Assembly: GCA_051986275.1 (NCBI GenBank)
Contig: JBPYDT010000071.1
Span: forward strand, 1-58,766
Direction of reading: 5' to 3'
DNA: 58,766 nucleotides
Origin: Acidimicrobiia bacterium
GTDB taxonomy: Bacteria; Actinomycetota; Acidimicrobiia; IMCC26256; PALSA-555
In this document: positions 42,011-50,679 of the stretch, in pieces
Position numbering within the stretch: position 1 is the stretch's first letter
Layout of the letters: the number at the start of each line of letters is the position of its first letter
Program-made: the position numbers and the translations under genes
The notes under the pieces: generated by a model
The model's database searches: none
What the model was told of the DNA's origin: nothing
The model's input: only the letters and a program-made list of their open reading frames with translations

Positions 42011-42990
42011 CGACCGCTCTGCTGGTCGGCGCGGGCGCCGTGGGCGTGCGGGCCGGCCGACAGCTCGTCGACACCCCGGGGCTGGAGCGGCTCCTCGTCG
42101 CGGACCGCCACCCCGACCGAGCGCGCGAGCTCGCCGAGGTGCTCGGAGGCACTGCGGTGCCCTACGGCCCGTTGCCCGCCGACGTGGACGCGGTCGCGCT
42201 CGCGATCCCGGGTGATCCCGCCGTCCCGTACGCGCACCGGGCGGCCGTGGCGCGCGTGCCGGTCGCCGCGGTCAGCGACGACCCGACCGGCCTGACCGGG
42301 CTCCTCGCGCTGGATCCGCTCGCACGGGAGCAGGGCGTGGCGGTCGTGGTGGGCTGCGCGCTGGCGCCGGGTCTCACCGACGTGCTGGCGCGCCACGCCG
42401 CCGACGCGCTCGACGAGGCCGACGAGGTCCACGTGGCACGCGTCGGTGCCGCCGGCGAGGCGTGCGCGGTGGCGCTGCGTCGCGCCCGACGAGAGCGGCC
42501 CATCGAGTGGCGTGACGGTCGCGCTCGCAGCGCCCGGCGGCTCGGTCCCGAGCTCGTCTGGTTCCCCGACCCGGTGGGGGCGCGCGAGTGCATGAGCATC
42601 GCCGGCGTCGAGACGATCCACCAGGCCGTCCCGACGGTCACGCGCGCCACGCTGCGGGCCGCGGACGTCCCGCCCCCGCGGCGCCGTGTGCTGGGTCCAC
42701 CGCGCCCGCGTGATGACTGGGGCGCGGCGCGCGTCGAGGTCTGGGGCTGGCGCGCCGCCGTCCGTGACGCGGTCGTGTACGGCGTCATCGAGCGGCCCGG
42801 CGTGGCCGCGGGCACGGTCCTCGCGGTCGCGGCGGCGAAGATCGCCGGGCTGTTGCCGTCGGTGCGGCTCCGCAGCCCCGAGCCGGGGGCGCGTGCGCTC
42901 GGGGCCGTGGTGGAGCCAGCGCCGTTCCTTGCCGAGCTCGCGCGTCGCGGGGTGAAGGCCGCGGCGTTCGAGGGCGTCACCGTTCCCTGA
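42007..42990 (+). CDS. NAD(P)-binding Rossmann protein (saccharopine dehydrogenase-like)
   Basis: LLVGAGAVG, LLVADR, VVVGCALAPGLTDVLA and a C-terminal EPAPFLAELARRG. Confidence 0.7.
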   Translation: MTTALLVGAGAVGVRAGRQLVDTPGLERLLVADRHPDRARELAEVLGGTAVPYGPLPADVDAVALAIPGDPAVPYAHRAAVARVPVAAVSDDPTGLTGLLALDPLAREQGVAVVVGCALAPGLTDVLARHAADALDEADEVHVARVGAAGEACAVALRRARRERPIEWRDGRARSARRLGPELVWFPDPVGARECMSIAGVETIHQAVPTVTRATLRAADVPPPRRRVLGPPRPRDDWGAARVEVWGWRAAVRDAVVYGVIERPGVAAGTVLAVAAAKIAGLLPSVRLRSPEPGARALGAVVEPAPFLAELARRGVKAAAFEGVTVP

Positions 42991-43029
42991 CGTCGCCGGC
43001 GCGACGGCCGGTACGCTCGGGTCGCCGCG

Positions 43030-43102
43030 GGGGCGGTAGCTCAGCTGGTAGAGCGTCGGCTTTGCAAGCCGAAGGTCGCCGGTTCGACCCCGGTCCGCTC
43101 CA
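43030..43102 (+). tRNA. tRNA-Ala(TGC)
   Basis: Acceptor stem GGGGCGG/CCGCTCC with G3:U70, anticodon arm TCGGC-TTTGCAA-GCCGA, GGTTCGACCC. No encoded CCA. Confidence 0.97.
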
Positions 43103-43159
43103 CCCTTCGACGCCGCGTGTCCCGATACGCGCCCTTGGCGTGGATGCGAGAATGTTCGC

Positions 43160-44320
43160 GTGGTGGGTCGGATCACGGGCGGGGCGGCCGCCCGGCTCGG
43201 GGGCCTCACGCTGCTCGGCGCCGCGCTCGTCGTCGTCGGCTTCGCGGCGCCGGCCGCGGCCGACGTCGCGTCGCCGCCGGGCCCGAACACGCCGCCCGCG
43301 GCCCCCGGTTGGATCGCGTTCCAGCTGTCGAGCACCAACCTCACGGTGGGCAGCACGGTGCAGATCGGGGTCGCCGATGGCAGCACGGTCGGCCCAGCCC
43401 AGTTCTTCACCGGCCCCGATTGGCCGTCGTCGTGGTCGGGTGACGGGCTGAGCCTCCAGTACCAGGGCAACACGCCGTGCGACTTCATCAACCACCCGGG
43501 TGTGTCGTGCGACTACACGGTGACGGGCAACGCGGGCACGTTCGACAACGTCCTGTTCGCCTCCGGCGCGCTCACGCCGGACCAGGTCACGGCGCTCGAG
43601 CAGACGGTCACGGTGACGACGCCGACCACGCAGCCGACCACGCCGCCGGCCCCCCCGAGCACCAACTTCACGGGTCCGCCGAACGGGCTGCTCACCGGCC
43701 CGGGCCAGTTCCAGTTCCAGGCGCCGAGCCAGTTCGGCGTGACGTACACCTGGACCCTGCTCTTCAACGGCCACCAGGTCGACCAGCAGCAAGGCCCGAC
43801 CTACACGCCGCCGCCGAGCATCTTCAGCACGCCGGGGCAGTACACGCTGACCCTCCGCGCCAGTAACTCCGCGTTCCCGAACGGGGTCACGTCCCAGCCG
43901 GTGCAGTTCGAGATCAGCCCGCCGACGAACCCGACGCCACCGCCCGCGCCGACGCCCGCGCCGCAGCCTGGAGGGCCCATGGCCCCGTCGGCCCCGCCGC
44001 CGGTGACCCCGCCCGCGCTGACCCACCTGTCGACGGTGTCGTACGTGCCGCTCTCGAACTTCGACGTGCCGACGCCCGCCGCGATCCGACCGGTGACCGT
44101 GATCTGGCTCTGGCGGCCGGACTGGTTCCAGACGGCCGAGGCGGCGCGCACCGCGGGTCGCCCCAGCGCGGTGAAGCGGGCCAGCGTCAGCGTCGACGCG
44201 AAGGGCAGCGCGGGGCCGAGCGCGACGCCGTGGCTCGCTGGTCTTGCCACGTTCGGGATCTTCGGGTTCGCGTGGATCCTCGTCCGGCGCCGTCGGGTCC
44301 GGACCTCGATCCTCGACTGA
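43160..44320 (+). CDS. Secreted, C-terminally anchored surface protein with PKD/Ig-like segment
   Basis: Signal peptide (AAPAAA-D), TYTWTL...FSTPGQYTLTLRASN, Pro/Thr linkers, C-terminal TM helix plus RRRR. Confidence 0.7.
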   Translation: MVGRITGGAAARLGGLTLLGAALVVVGFAAPAAADVASPPGPNTPPAAPGWIAFQLSSTNLTVGSTVQIGVADGSTVGPAQFFTGPDWPSSWSGDGLSLQYQGNTPCDFINHPGVSCDYTVTGNAGTFDNVLFASGALTPDQVTALEQTVTVTTPTTQPTTPPAPPSTNFTGPPNGLLTGPGQFQFQAPSQFGVTYTWTLLFNGHQVDQQQGPTYTPPPSIFSTPGQYTLTLRASNSAFPNGVTSQPVQFEISPPTNPTPPPAPTPAPQPGGPMAPSAPPPVTPPALTHLSTVSYVPLSNFDVPTPAAIRPVTVIWLWRPDWFQTAEAARTAGRPSAVKRASVSVDAKGSAGPSATPWLAGLATFGIFGFAWILVRRRRVRTSILD

Positions 44321-44332
44321 CGGCGGGCGCGG

Positions 44333-44746
44333 CTACGCGCTGCGGCGGCGGACGAAGAACGTGCCGGTCGCCCGTGACACGAGGGCCCGGTCGCGGTCGC
44401 GCACGGTCGCCTCGAGATACGCCACGCTGCCGGTGAGCCGGATCACCTCGCCGCGGACGACGAGCGCTTGACCGGACTCGCTCGCGCGCATCGTCTGGTA
44501 CGAGATGTCGAGCGTCGCCACGCGGTCCCCCCGCTCGAGCGCGCTGCTGGCGGCGAAGTTCATCGCCGCGTCGTGCACCACGCCGTACACGCCGCCGTGG
44601 ACGGTGCCGAGCGGGTTGCACGCGAGCGCCGTCGGCGTCCACGTCGCCTCCGCCCATCCGTCGCCGTAGTGCTCGAACGACAGCCCGAGTTGGGAGAGCA
44701 GCGGCATCCCGCCGTCGCCGAGCGCCTGGTCGAGGTTTCGAGGCAT
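44333..44746 (-). CDS. PaaI family thioesterase
   Basis: NPLGTVHGGVYGVVHDAAM hotdog-fold motif. TACGCT -10 lies 7 nt before the ATG. Confidence 0.9.
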   Translation of the reverse strand: MPRNLDQALGDGGMPLLSQLGLSFEHYGDGWAEATWTPTALACNPLGTVHGGVYGVVHDAAMNFAASSALERGDRVATLDISYQTMRASESGQALVVRGEVIRLTGSVAYLEATVRDRDRALVSRATGTFFVRRRSA

Positions 44747-44796
44747 TCGGCGGAGCGTATCGTTGGCCCGACGCGCCGACATGGTGGGAGGTTCCG

Positions 44797-45951
44797 ATGA
44801 CGAGCGCCGTGGTCGTCGATGCGGTGCGCACCCCGTTGGGTCGCCGCAACGGCAAGCTCAAGGACTGGCATCCGGTCGATCTCGCGGCGTTCGTGCTCCA
44901 GAGCCTGGTCGAGCGCAACGACCTCGACCCCGCAGTGGTGGACGACGTGATCATGGGCTGCGTCTCCCAGGTCGGGGAGCAGGCCATCAACATCGGCCGG
45001 GACGCGCTGCTCGCCGCCGGCTTCCCGGAGTCGGTGCCTGGGACGACCGTCGACCGCCAGTGCGGCTCGTCGCAGCAGGCCGCCCACTTCGCGGCGCAGG
45101 GCGTCATAGCCGGCGCGTACGACATCGTGATCGCCGCCGGCGTCGAGAGCATGACCCGCGTCCCCATGGGCTCCTCGCTCCTGCCCGGCACGAACCCGTT
45201 CGGGACGGTGCTGCCGACCCGCTACGACCTCGTCCCGCAGGGGATCTCCGCCGAGCTCATCGCGGAGAAGTGGAGCATCTCGCGCGAGGAGAACGACGCC
45301 TTCTCGGTCGAGTCGCACCACCGGGCGGCCCGCGCCACCCAGGAGGGCCGCTTCGAGCAGGAGATCCTCCCCGTTCGCGTCCAGACCGACGAGGGCGCGG
45401 AGACGATGACGACCGACGAGGGCATCCGCCCCGACTCGAGCCTCGAGGCGCTGGCGAAGCTCAAGCCCGCGTTCAAGGCCGACGGCGTGATCACGGCGGG
45501 CAACTCGTCGCAGATCAGCGACGGGGCGGCCGCCATGCTGGTGATGAGCGAGGAGCGCGCCGCGGCGCTGGGCCTCACCCCCCGGGCGCGCTTCCACGCC
45601 TTCGCGCTCGCCGGCGTCGACCCCGTGCTCATGCTCACCGGCCCCATCCCGGCGACGAGCAAGGTGCTCGACCGGGCCGGCATGACGCTCGACGACATCG
45701 ACCTGGTCGAGATCAACGAGGCGTTCGCTCCGGTGGTGCTCGCGTGGGCGCGGGAGCACCACCCCGACATGGCGAAGGTCAACGTGAACGGCGGCGCGAT
45801 TGCGCTCGGTCACCCGCTCGGGTGCTCCGGCGCGCGGCTGCTCGCGACGCTCGTGAACGAGCTCGAGCGCACCGGTGGTCGGTGGGGTCTCCAGACGATG
45901 TGCGAGGGCGGCGGCCTGGCGAACGCCACCATCCTCGAGCGCCTCGGCTGA
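44797..45951 (+). CDS. Acetyl-CoA acyltransferase (thiolase)
   Basis: VDRQCGSSQQA, TAGNSSQISDGA, EINEAFA, GGAIALGHPLG and TMCEGGG motifs. Confidence 0.95.
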   Translation: MTSAVVVDAVRTPLGRRNGKLKDWHPVDLAAFVLQSLVERNDLDPAVVDDVIMGCVSQVGEQAINIGRDALLAAGFPESVPGTTVDRQCGSSQQAAHFAAQGVIAGAYDIVIAAGVESMTRVPMGSSLLPGTNPFGTVLPTRYDLVPQGISAELIAEKWSISREENDAFSVESHHRAARATQEGRFEQEILPVRVQTDEGAETMTTDEGIRPDSSLEALAKLKPAFKADGVITAGNSSQISDGAAAMLVMSEERAAALGLTPRARFHAFALAGVDPVLMLTGPIPATSKVLDRAGMTLDDIDLVEINEAFAPVVLAWAREHHPDMAKVNVNGGAIALGHPLGCSGARLLATLVNELERTGGRWGLQTMCEGGGLANATILERLG

Positions 45952-45969
45952 GGAGGCGCCCCGCTCCCG

Positions 45970-46254
45970 ATGGCACCGTCGCTGCTTGCGGTCTCCGTCA
46001 TCGGGTGGATCCTGCGGGGCGCCGTCGCGCTCGTCGCGATGTTGGCGATCTACACGATCGGCGCCGGGATCCTGCGGAAGTTCAAGATCTCGCCCGACGA
46101 GCCCGACCCGGAGCAGGTCGTGCCGGTCAACGCTCGGTTCCGCTGCACCGTGTGCGGCGCCGAGGTCACGATGACCGCGGCGCAGGCCGGTGACGAGATC
46201 GACGCGCCGCGCCACTGCCGCGAGGACATGGTGCGCGTCGGCCCCGTGGCGTAG
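45970..46254 (+). CDS. Small membrane protein with C-terminal metal-ribbon motif
   Basis: TM helix followed by FRCTVCGAEV...PRHCREDM. Confidence 0.75.
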   Translation: MAPSLLAVSVIGWILRGAVALVAMLAIYTIGAGILRKFKISPDEPDPEQVVPVNARFRCTVCGAEVTMTAAQAGDEIDAPRHCREDMVRVGPVA

Positions 46255-46289
46255 CAGCCGCCGCATCCGGCCAGCATGGGTGTCTCGGG

Positions 46290-46466
46290 TCAGTGGCGAA
46301 TGAAGTAGGCGTCGGCCGCGCTGTCTTGTGGGCGCACCGCGACGTCGAGCACTTCGGCGTCATCGCCCAGCGACTCCACCGCGGCGGCCAGCTGACGGAA
46401 GAGGGCGGGCAGGTCGGCCGCCTGGTAGCCGAACTGGAGCACCGTTCCCGGCTCACGCTTGGTCAC
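46290..46466 (-). CDS. 58-aa hypothetical protein (not in the ORF track)
   Basis: MTKREPGTVLQFGYQAADLPALFRQLAAAVESLGDDAEVLDVAVRPQDSAADAYFIRH. High GC3; TACGCT -10 lies 6 nt before the GTG. Confidence 0.6.
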   Translation of the reverse strand: MTKREPGTVLQFGYQAADLPALFRQLAAAVESLGDDAEVLDVAVRPQDSAADAYFIRH

Positions 46467-46575
46467 GTCGCGAGCGTACGCAGGACGGTGGGTGGGGCTC
46501 TGGGGGTATCCCCGTTATGCGGCGACGTCGAGGGTGACCAACCCGGCGCAACCGTGGGGATGGATGCATCTCGGA

Positions 46576-47052
46576 CTACCCGGCGGCGAACCGGCGCTTC
46601 AATCGAGTGTGGCGATTCCGGAGTGCCCAGCGGATTGACCGGCGCAGGATCGAGCTGAGCAACCGCACCCGGGGTGTGATTTCCAGGGTGTCTCGAACGA
46701 TGCAGGCCCCGTCGTCGCGGTCGATCACCTCGCGCTGATGCCGCCAGGCGTACAGCCGACTGGTGGAGGTCTCGCGGTAACTGCCGTGGGTGATCTGCTC
46801 GAAGCCGAACCGGTGACGGTTGATAGGGAACACCCCCAGCAGCAGGATCCAACTCGCCAGCCCTGGGGTTTGCCATGGCGCGCTTTCGAACTGTGCGCCT
46901 CGGGTCGGATCGGTCATCCGCACGAACCGGGGCAGTTCTCGGTTGACGCCCCGCATGGTGGAGACAGCAGCCCAGACCTCCTCGCGGTCGGCGCGAAGCT
47001 CGGACTCGACGACCACGGATTCCGGCGCCGACGGGCGAGGTTCTGTGCCCAC
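46576..47052 (-). CDS. SRPBCC-like hypothetical protein (start uncertain)
   Basis: ESELRADREEVWAAVSTMRGVNRELP...WRHQREV...DTLEITPR...RHTRL. Confidence 0.6.
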   Translation of the reverse strand: MGTEPRPSAPESVVVESELRADREEVWAAVSTMRGVNRELPRFVRMTDPTRGAQFESAPWQTPGLASWILLLGVFPINRHRFGFEQITHGSYRETSTSRLYAWRHQREVIDRDDGACIVRDTLEITPRVRLLSSILRRSIRWALRNRHTRLKRRFAAG

Positions 47053-47080
47053 GGACTCGCCGTCGATCGCGGGGAACTGG

Positions 47081-47132
47081 TTATCCACAGTCTGGGGAGA
47101 ACCTTGGGGAGAAATGACAGTTGTGTGGTTCC
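47081..47132. promoter_or_regulatory. DnaA-box cluster immediately downstream of crgA
   Basis: Perfect TTATCCACA at 47081-47089, TGGGGAGAA at 47093 and 47105, TGTGGTTCC at 47124. Confidence 0.7.
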
Positions 47133-47384
47133 TCAGCGGAGCTGCGTTGACAGCACGAACCCGCCGACGAGCAGTCCGAGCCCGACGAACAGGTAGCCGT
47201 TGCGAGCCGTGCCGCCCGGGAGGAGCTGGAGGTAGTTGCCCAGGATCACGATCAGCCCGAGCCCGAGCGCGGTGAACATGGTCGCCGGGACCCAGAGCGG
47301 GCTGCGCTTGGCCGTCTTGGGCTTCGGTGGCGTGTACCGAGACGGCTTCGGCGGGGGTGGCTTCCGACGCTTCGTCTTGGGCAC
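47133..47384 (-). CDS. crgA: Cell division protein CrgA
   Basis: MPKTKRRK...SPLWVPATMFTALGLGLIVI...N.YLFVGLGLLVGGFVLSTQLR. Divergent from pabA/trpG. Confidence 0.85.
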   Translation of the reverse strand: MPKTKRRKPPPPKPSRYTPPKPKTAKRSPLWVPATMFTALGLGLIVILGNYLQLLPGGTARNGYLFVGLGLLVGGFVLSTQLR

Positions 47385-47433
47385 CGCGGGAACCCTAGCC
47401 GTCACCCTCGCGGCTGCCACGTAGAGTGCCGCG

Positions 47434-48024
47434 ATGCCGCGCGTCGTGGTCATCGACAACTACGACTCGTTCGTCTACAACCTCGTGCAGTACCTCGGGG
47501 AGCTCGGCGCGACGCCGCTCGTGTACCGACACGACGCGATCGACGTCGACGGCGTGCGCGACCTGCAGCCGGACGCGGTGCTCGTCTCGCCCGGTCCGCG
47601 CCGACCGGAGGACGCCGGCGTCTCGAACGCGGTCATCCGCGACTGCGGGTCCCGCGGCGTCCCGGTCCTCGGCGTGTGCCTCGGCTTGCAGTGCATCGGC
47701 CAGGTGTACGGCGGCGAGGTCGTGCGTGCGCCTCGGGTGATGCACGGCAAGACGTCGGTGATCACCCATGACGGCGAGGGCGTGTTCGCCGGACTGCCGA
47801 ACCCGCTCCAGGCGACCCGCTATCACTCGCTCGTCGTCGGACGCGACTCCGTGCCTCCCGATCTTGTGGTGAGCGCGGAGAGCGAGGACGGGCTCGTGAT
47901 GGGCCTACGCCACCGGCACGAGCCGGTGGAGGGCGTGCAGTTCCACCCCGAGTCGATCCTCACCGAGTCGGGGCACGCGCTCCTCCAGAACTTCCTCGAC
48001 GGCGCCGGAGCGGTCCGGGCCTAG
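47434..48024 (+). CDS. pabA: Anthranilate/aminodeoxychorismate synthase component II (glutamine amidotransferase)
   Basis: IDNYDSFVYNL, SPGP, GVCLG, MHGK, RYHSL and GVQFHPES motifs. Confidence 0.93.
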   Translation: MPRVVVIDNYDSFVYNLVQYLGELGATPLVYRHDAIDVDGVRDLQPDAVLVSPGPRRPEDAGVSNAVIRDCGSRGVPVLGVCLGLQCIGQVYGGEVVRAPRVMHGKTSVITHDGEGVFAGLPNPLQATRYHSLVVGRDSVPPDLVVSAESEDGLVMGLRHRHEPVEGVQFHPESILTESGHALLQNFLDGAGAVRA

Positions 48025-48025
48025 C

Positions 48026-48808
48026 TCACGGCAGCCGCGCCGTCCCCTGTTCGACGACGGCGAGCCCGTCTCGCCGGAGTGACGCGAGCGCGTCGGCGTC
48101 GAGCAAGGCGGCGGGCGTGGGCCCGGCGCGCAAGCGCGCCAGCACATCACCGCGGCGCTGGCGGAACGACCCGTCGTAGGGCTGGGCACGCGGCCGGTGT
48201 TCGGACGGCAGCGGGCCGCGCGTCGCGCAGCGCCGCCGCAGGGGACACGCCGGACAGCGGGGCGCGGTCGGGTGGCACACCAGCGCGCCCACGTCCATGA
48301 GGGCAAGGAGCCGGTCCCGTCCGGTGAGGGGCCGGCCAACCTCCACCATCGCGGCGTCGGCCTGCCGCGGGGTCAACGCGCGACCGGTCACGCGCTCGAG
48401 CACGCGCCGCACGTTCGTCTCGACGGCGGGGACGTCGAGGTCGTCGGCCTGCGCCCGCACGGCGCCTGCGGTGTACCGGCCGACGCCGGGCAGCTCGGTG
48501 AGGTCGTCCGGCCACCCCTCGGTGGCAATGCGAGTCGCGGCGTCCCAGAGGCGCCGGGCGCGGCGCGGGTAGCCGAGCCGGCCCCACGCCTGGATGACCT
48601 CGCCCGGCGTCGCGGCGGCCATGGCCTCCGGCGTCGGGAAGCGCTCGATGAAGGCGGCGTACACCGGCTCGACGCGGGGGACCTGGGTCTGGTGGAGCAT
48701 CACCTCCGAGACCAGGACGGCCCAGCGGTCGCGCGTCGCGCGCCACGGCAGGTCGTGGCGGCCGTGCTCCTCGTACCAGGTGCCGAGCGCGGACGCGCGT
48801 TCGGGCAC
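48026..48808 (-). CDS. mutY: A/G-specific adenine glycosylase (short MutY-like)
   Basis: DLPWR, VSEVMLHQTQV, LGYPRRA, LPGVGRYTA, and Fe-S motif CHPTAPRCPACPLRRRC. Confidence 0.85.
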   Translation of the reverse strand: MPERASALGTWYEEHGRHDLPWRATRDRWAVLVSEVMLHQTQVPRVEPVYAAFIERFPTPEAMAAATPGEVIQAWGRLGYPRRARRLWDAATRIATEGWPDDLTELPGVGRYTAGAVRAQADDLDVPAVETNVRRVLERVTGRALTPRQADAAMVEVGRPLTGRDRLLALMDVGALVCHPTAPRCPACPLRRRCATRGPLPSEHRPRAQPYDGSFRQRRGDVLARLRAGPTPAALLDADALASLRRDGLAVVEQGTARLP

Positions 48809-50628
48809 TACGCGACGCAGGCGATCATCACGACCGTGTTCGGGGCGACCTGGGTCCCGGCGGGCGGGTTCTGGGAGATGATCGGGGAGTTCGAGCCGCA
48901 GGTGGCCTGGACGCTCAGCCCGGCGCCGGTGAGCGCGGCGATACCGGTGTCGCGCGGCTGACCGATCACGTTCGGCACCGCGACCGTCTGCGGTCCGGTC
49001 GAGACGAACAGCTGCACGGTCGAGCCCTTCGCGACCATCGTGCCCGCGGCGGGGTTGGTGGCAATGACCTTGCCCGCGGGCACGGTGTTGCTGTTCTGGC
49101 CGACGATCGCCGGCTGCAGGCCGGCCTGGGTGATCGTGTTCGACGCGGTGACCTGGTCCTGGCCCGTCACGGCCGGGACCGACACCTGTGGCGCCTGGGA
49201 GACGGTGAGCGTCACCACCGAGCCGCGGGTCACCTTCGTGTTGGGCGCGGGCGTCATGGCCAGCACGGTGTCGGGCGCCTGCGCAGTCGTCGGCGTGTCC
49301 ATGCGCATGATCTGGACGCCGAGCGTCGCGAGGGTCTGCTGGCCCTGCTCGAAGGTCTGCCCGACGACGTTGGGGAGCGTCACGAGGTTGTTCGCGACCT
49401 GGAGGGTGACGGTGTCGCCCTTCGTGAGGAGCGTGCCGGCGGCCGGGCTCTGGCTCACGACCTTCCCGGGCGGCACCGACGTCGACTCGACGGACACCTG
49501 CTTCGCATGGAACCCGACGTGGACGAGCCGGGCCTCCGCGGTCGCGAACGTCGGATTGCCCGTCGTCACGTCGGGCACGGTGAGCTTCGGCGGCGCGTTG
49601 GACGTCCCGAGCACCGAGTTCCGGAACGAGGGCACGAGCAGGACGATGATCACCGCGGCGAGCAGGCCGAGCCCGATCACGACGGCCGTGATCGCGCCCC
49701 ACCGGCGCTTCGGCTCCTCCCACAGCTGCGCGGCCTGCGTCGCGGCGGCGGCGGCCGCGACGGTGTCCGCGTCGGGCCGGTAGGAGGCGGTGACGGGCCG
49801 GCCGCGCTCGAACCGGATGAGGTCCTCGCGCATGTCCTCGGCGGACTGGTAACGGTTGGCAAGGTTCTTCGCCATGGCGGCGAGGATGATGCGCTCGAGG
49901 TCGGGCGGCAGGTCGAGCGCGTACTGCGACGGCGGCACCGGAGCCTCGCGGACGTGCTTCATCGCGACGGCGACGGGCGTGTCGGCCTGGAAGGGCGCCT
50001 GGCCCGTCACCATCTCGTAGAGCACGACGCCGAGCGCGTAGACGTCGGTACGCCCGTCCACCGCGAAGCCCTGGGCCTGCTCGGGGGAGAAGTAGGTGGC
50101 GGTTCCCATGACGGCGCCCGTCTGCGTCAGGCCCTGCGAGGGGTTGGTCGGGTTGGCGGCGATCCCGAAGTCGGCGACCTTCACCTGGCCCGTCGAAGTG
50201 ATGAGCACGTTCCCGGGCTTGATGTCGCGGTGCACGACGCCGTTGCGGTGGGCGAACGCCAGCGCGTCGGCGATCTCGGCCGCGAGCCCCGCGGCCTGCA
50301 TCGCGGGGATGCGGCCCTCGGCGCGCATGATGTCGCGCAGCGATCGCCCCTCGACGTACTCCATCACGATGAAGTACGTGCCGTGCTCCTGGCCCCAGTC
50401 GTAGATGCCGACGATGTTGGGGTGGTTCAGCGCTGCGGCGTTCTGCGCCTCGCGGCGGAAGCGCTCGACGAAGCTTGGGTCGCGGGCGTACTCCTGGAAG
50501 AGCACCTTGACCGCGACGGGGCGGTCGAGCACCTGATCCTGCGCGAGGTACACCTCGGCCATGCCGCCGCGCGCGATGGGCCGCTCGATGGTGTAACGGC
50601 TCGCGAAGACGTCCCCGGCCCTTGCCAT
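48808..50628 (-). CDS. pknB: PASTA-domain Ser/Thr kinase PknB
   Basis: GGMAEV, HRDIKPGN, DFG, LTQTGAVMGTATYFSPEQ, TM helix, and four PASTA repeats (VPDVT/LPNVVG/VPAVTG/VPNVIG). Confidence 0.95.
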   Translation of the reverse strand: MARAGDVFASRYTIERPIARGGMAEVYLAQDQVLDRPVAVKVLFQEYARDPSFVERFRREAQNAAALNHPNIVGIYDWGQEHGTYFIVMEYVEGRSLRDIMRAEGRIPAMQAAGLAAEIADALAFAHRNGVVHRDIKPGNVLITSTGQVKVADFGIAANPTNPSQGLTQTGAVMGTATYFSPEQAQGFAVDGRTDVYALGVVLYEMVTGQAPFQADTPVAVAMKHVREAPVPPSQYALDLPPDLERIILAAMAKNLANRYQSAEDMREDLIRFERGRPVTASYRPDADTVAAAAAATQAAQLWEEPKRRWGAITAVVIGLGLLAAVIIVLLVPSFRNSVLGTSNAPPKLTVPDVTTGNPTFATAEARLVHVGFHAKQVSVESTSVPPGKVVSQSPAAGTLLTKGDTVTLQVANNLVTLPNVVGQTFEQGQQTLATLGVQIMRMDTPTTAQAPDTVLAMTPAPNTKVTRGSVVTLTVSQAPQVSVPAVTGQDQVTASNTITQAGLQPAIVGQNSNTVPAGKVIATNPAAGTMVAKGSTVQLFVSTGPQTVAVPNVIGQPRDTGIAALTGAGLSVQATCGSNSPIISQNPPAGTQVAPNTVVMIACVA

Positions 50629-50679
50629 GTGCCGAATCAGGCTACAGGTCGGCCTTGAGGCTGCGGCGTTTCGCGTCGG

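Noticed and set aside
48026..49723. Apparent 565-aa fusion upstream of the MutY domain
   Set aside because: The upstream part is an alternate frame of the pknB PASTA repeats. MutY starts near 48808.
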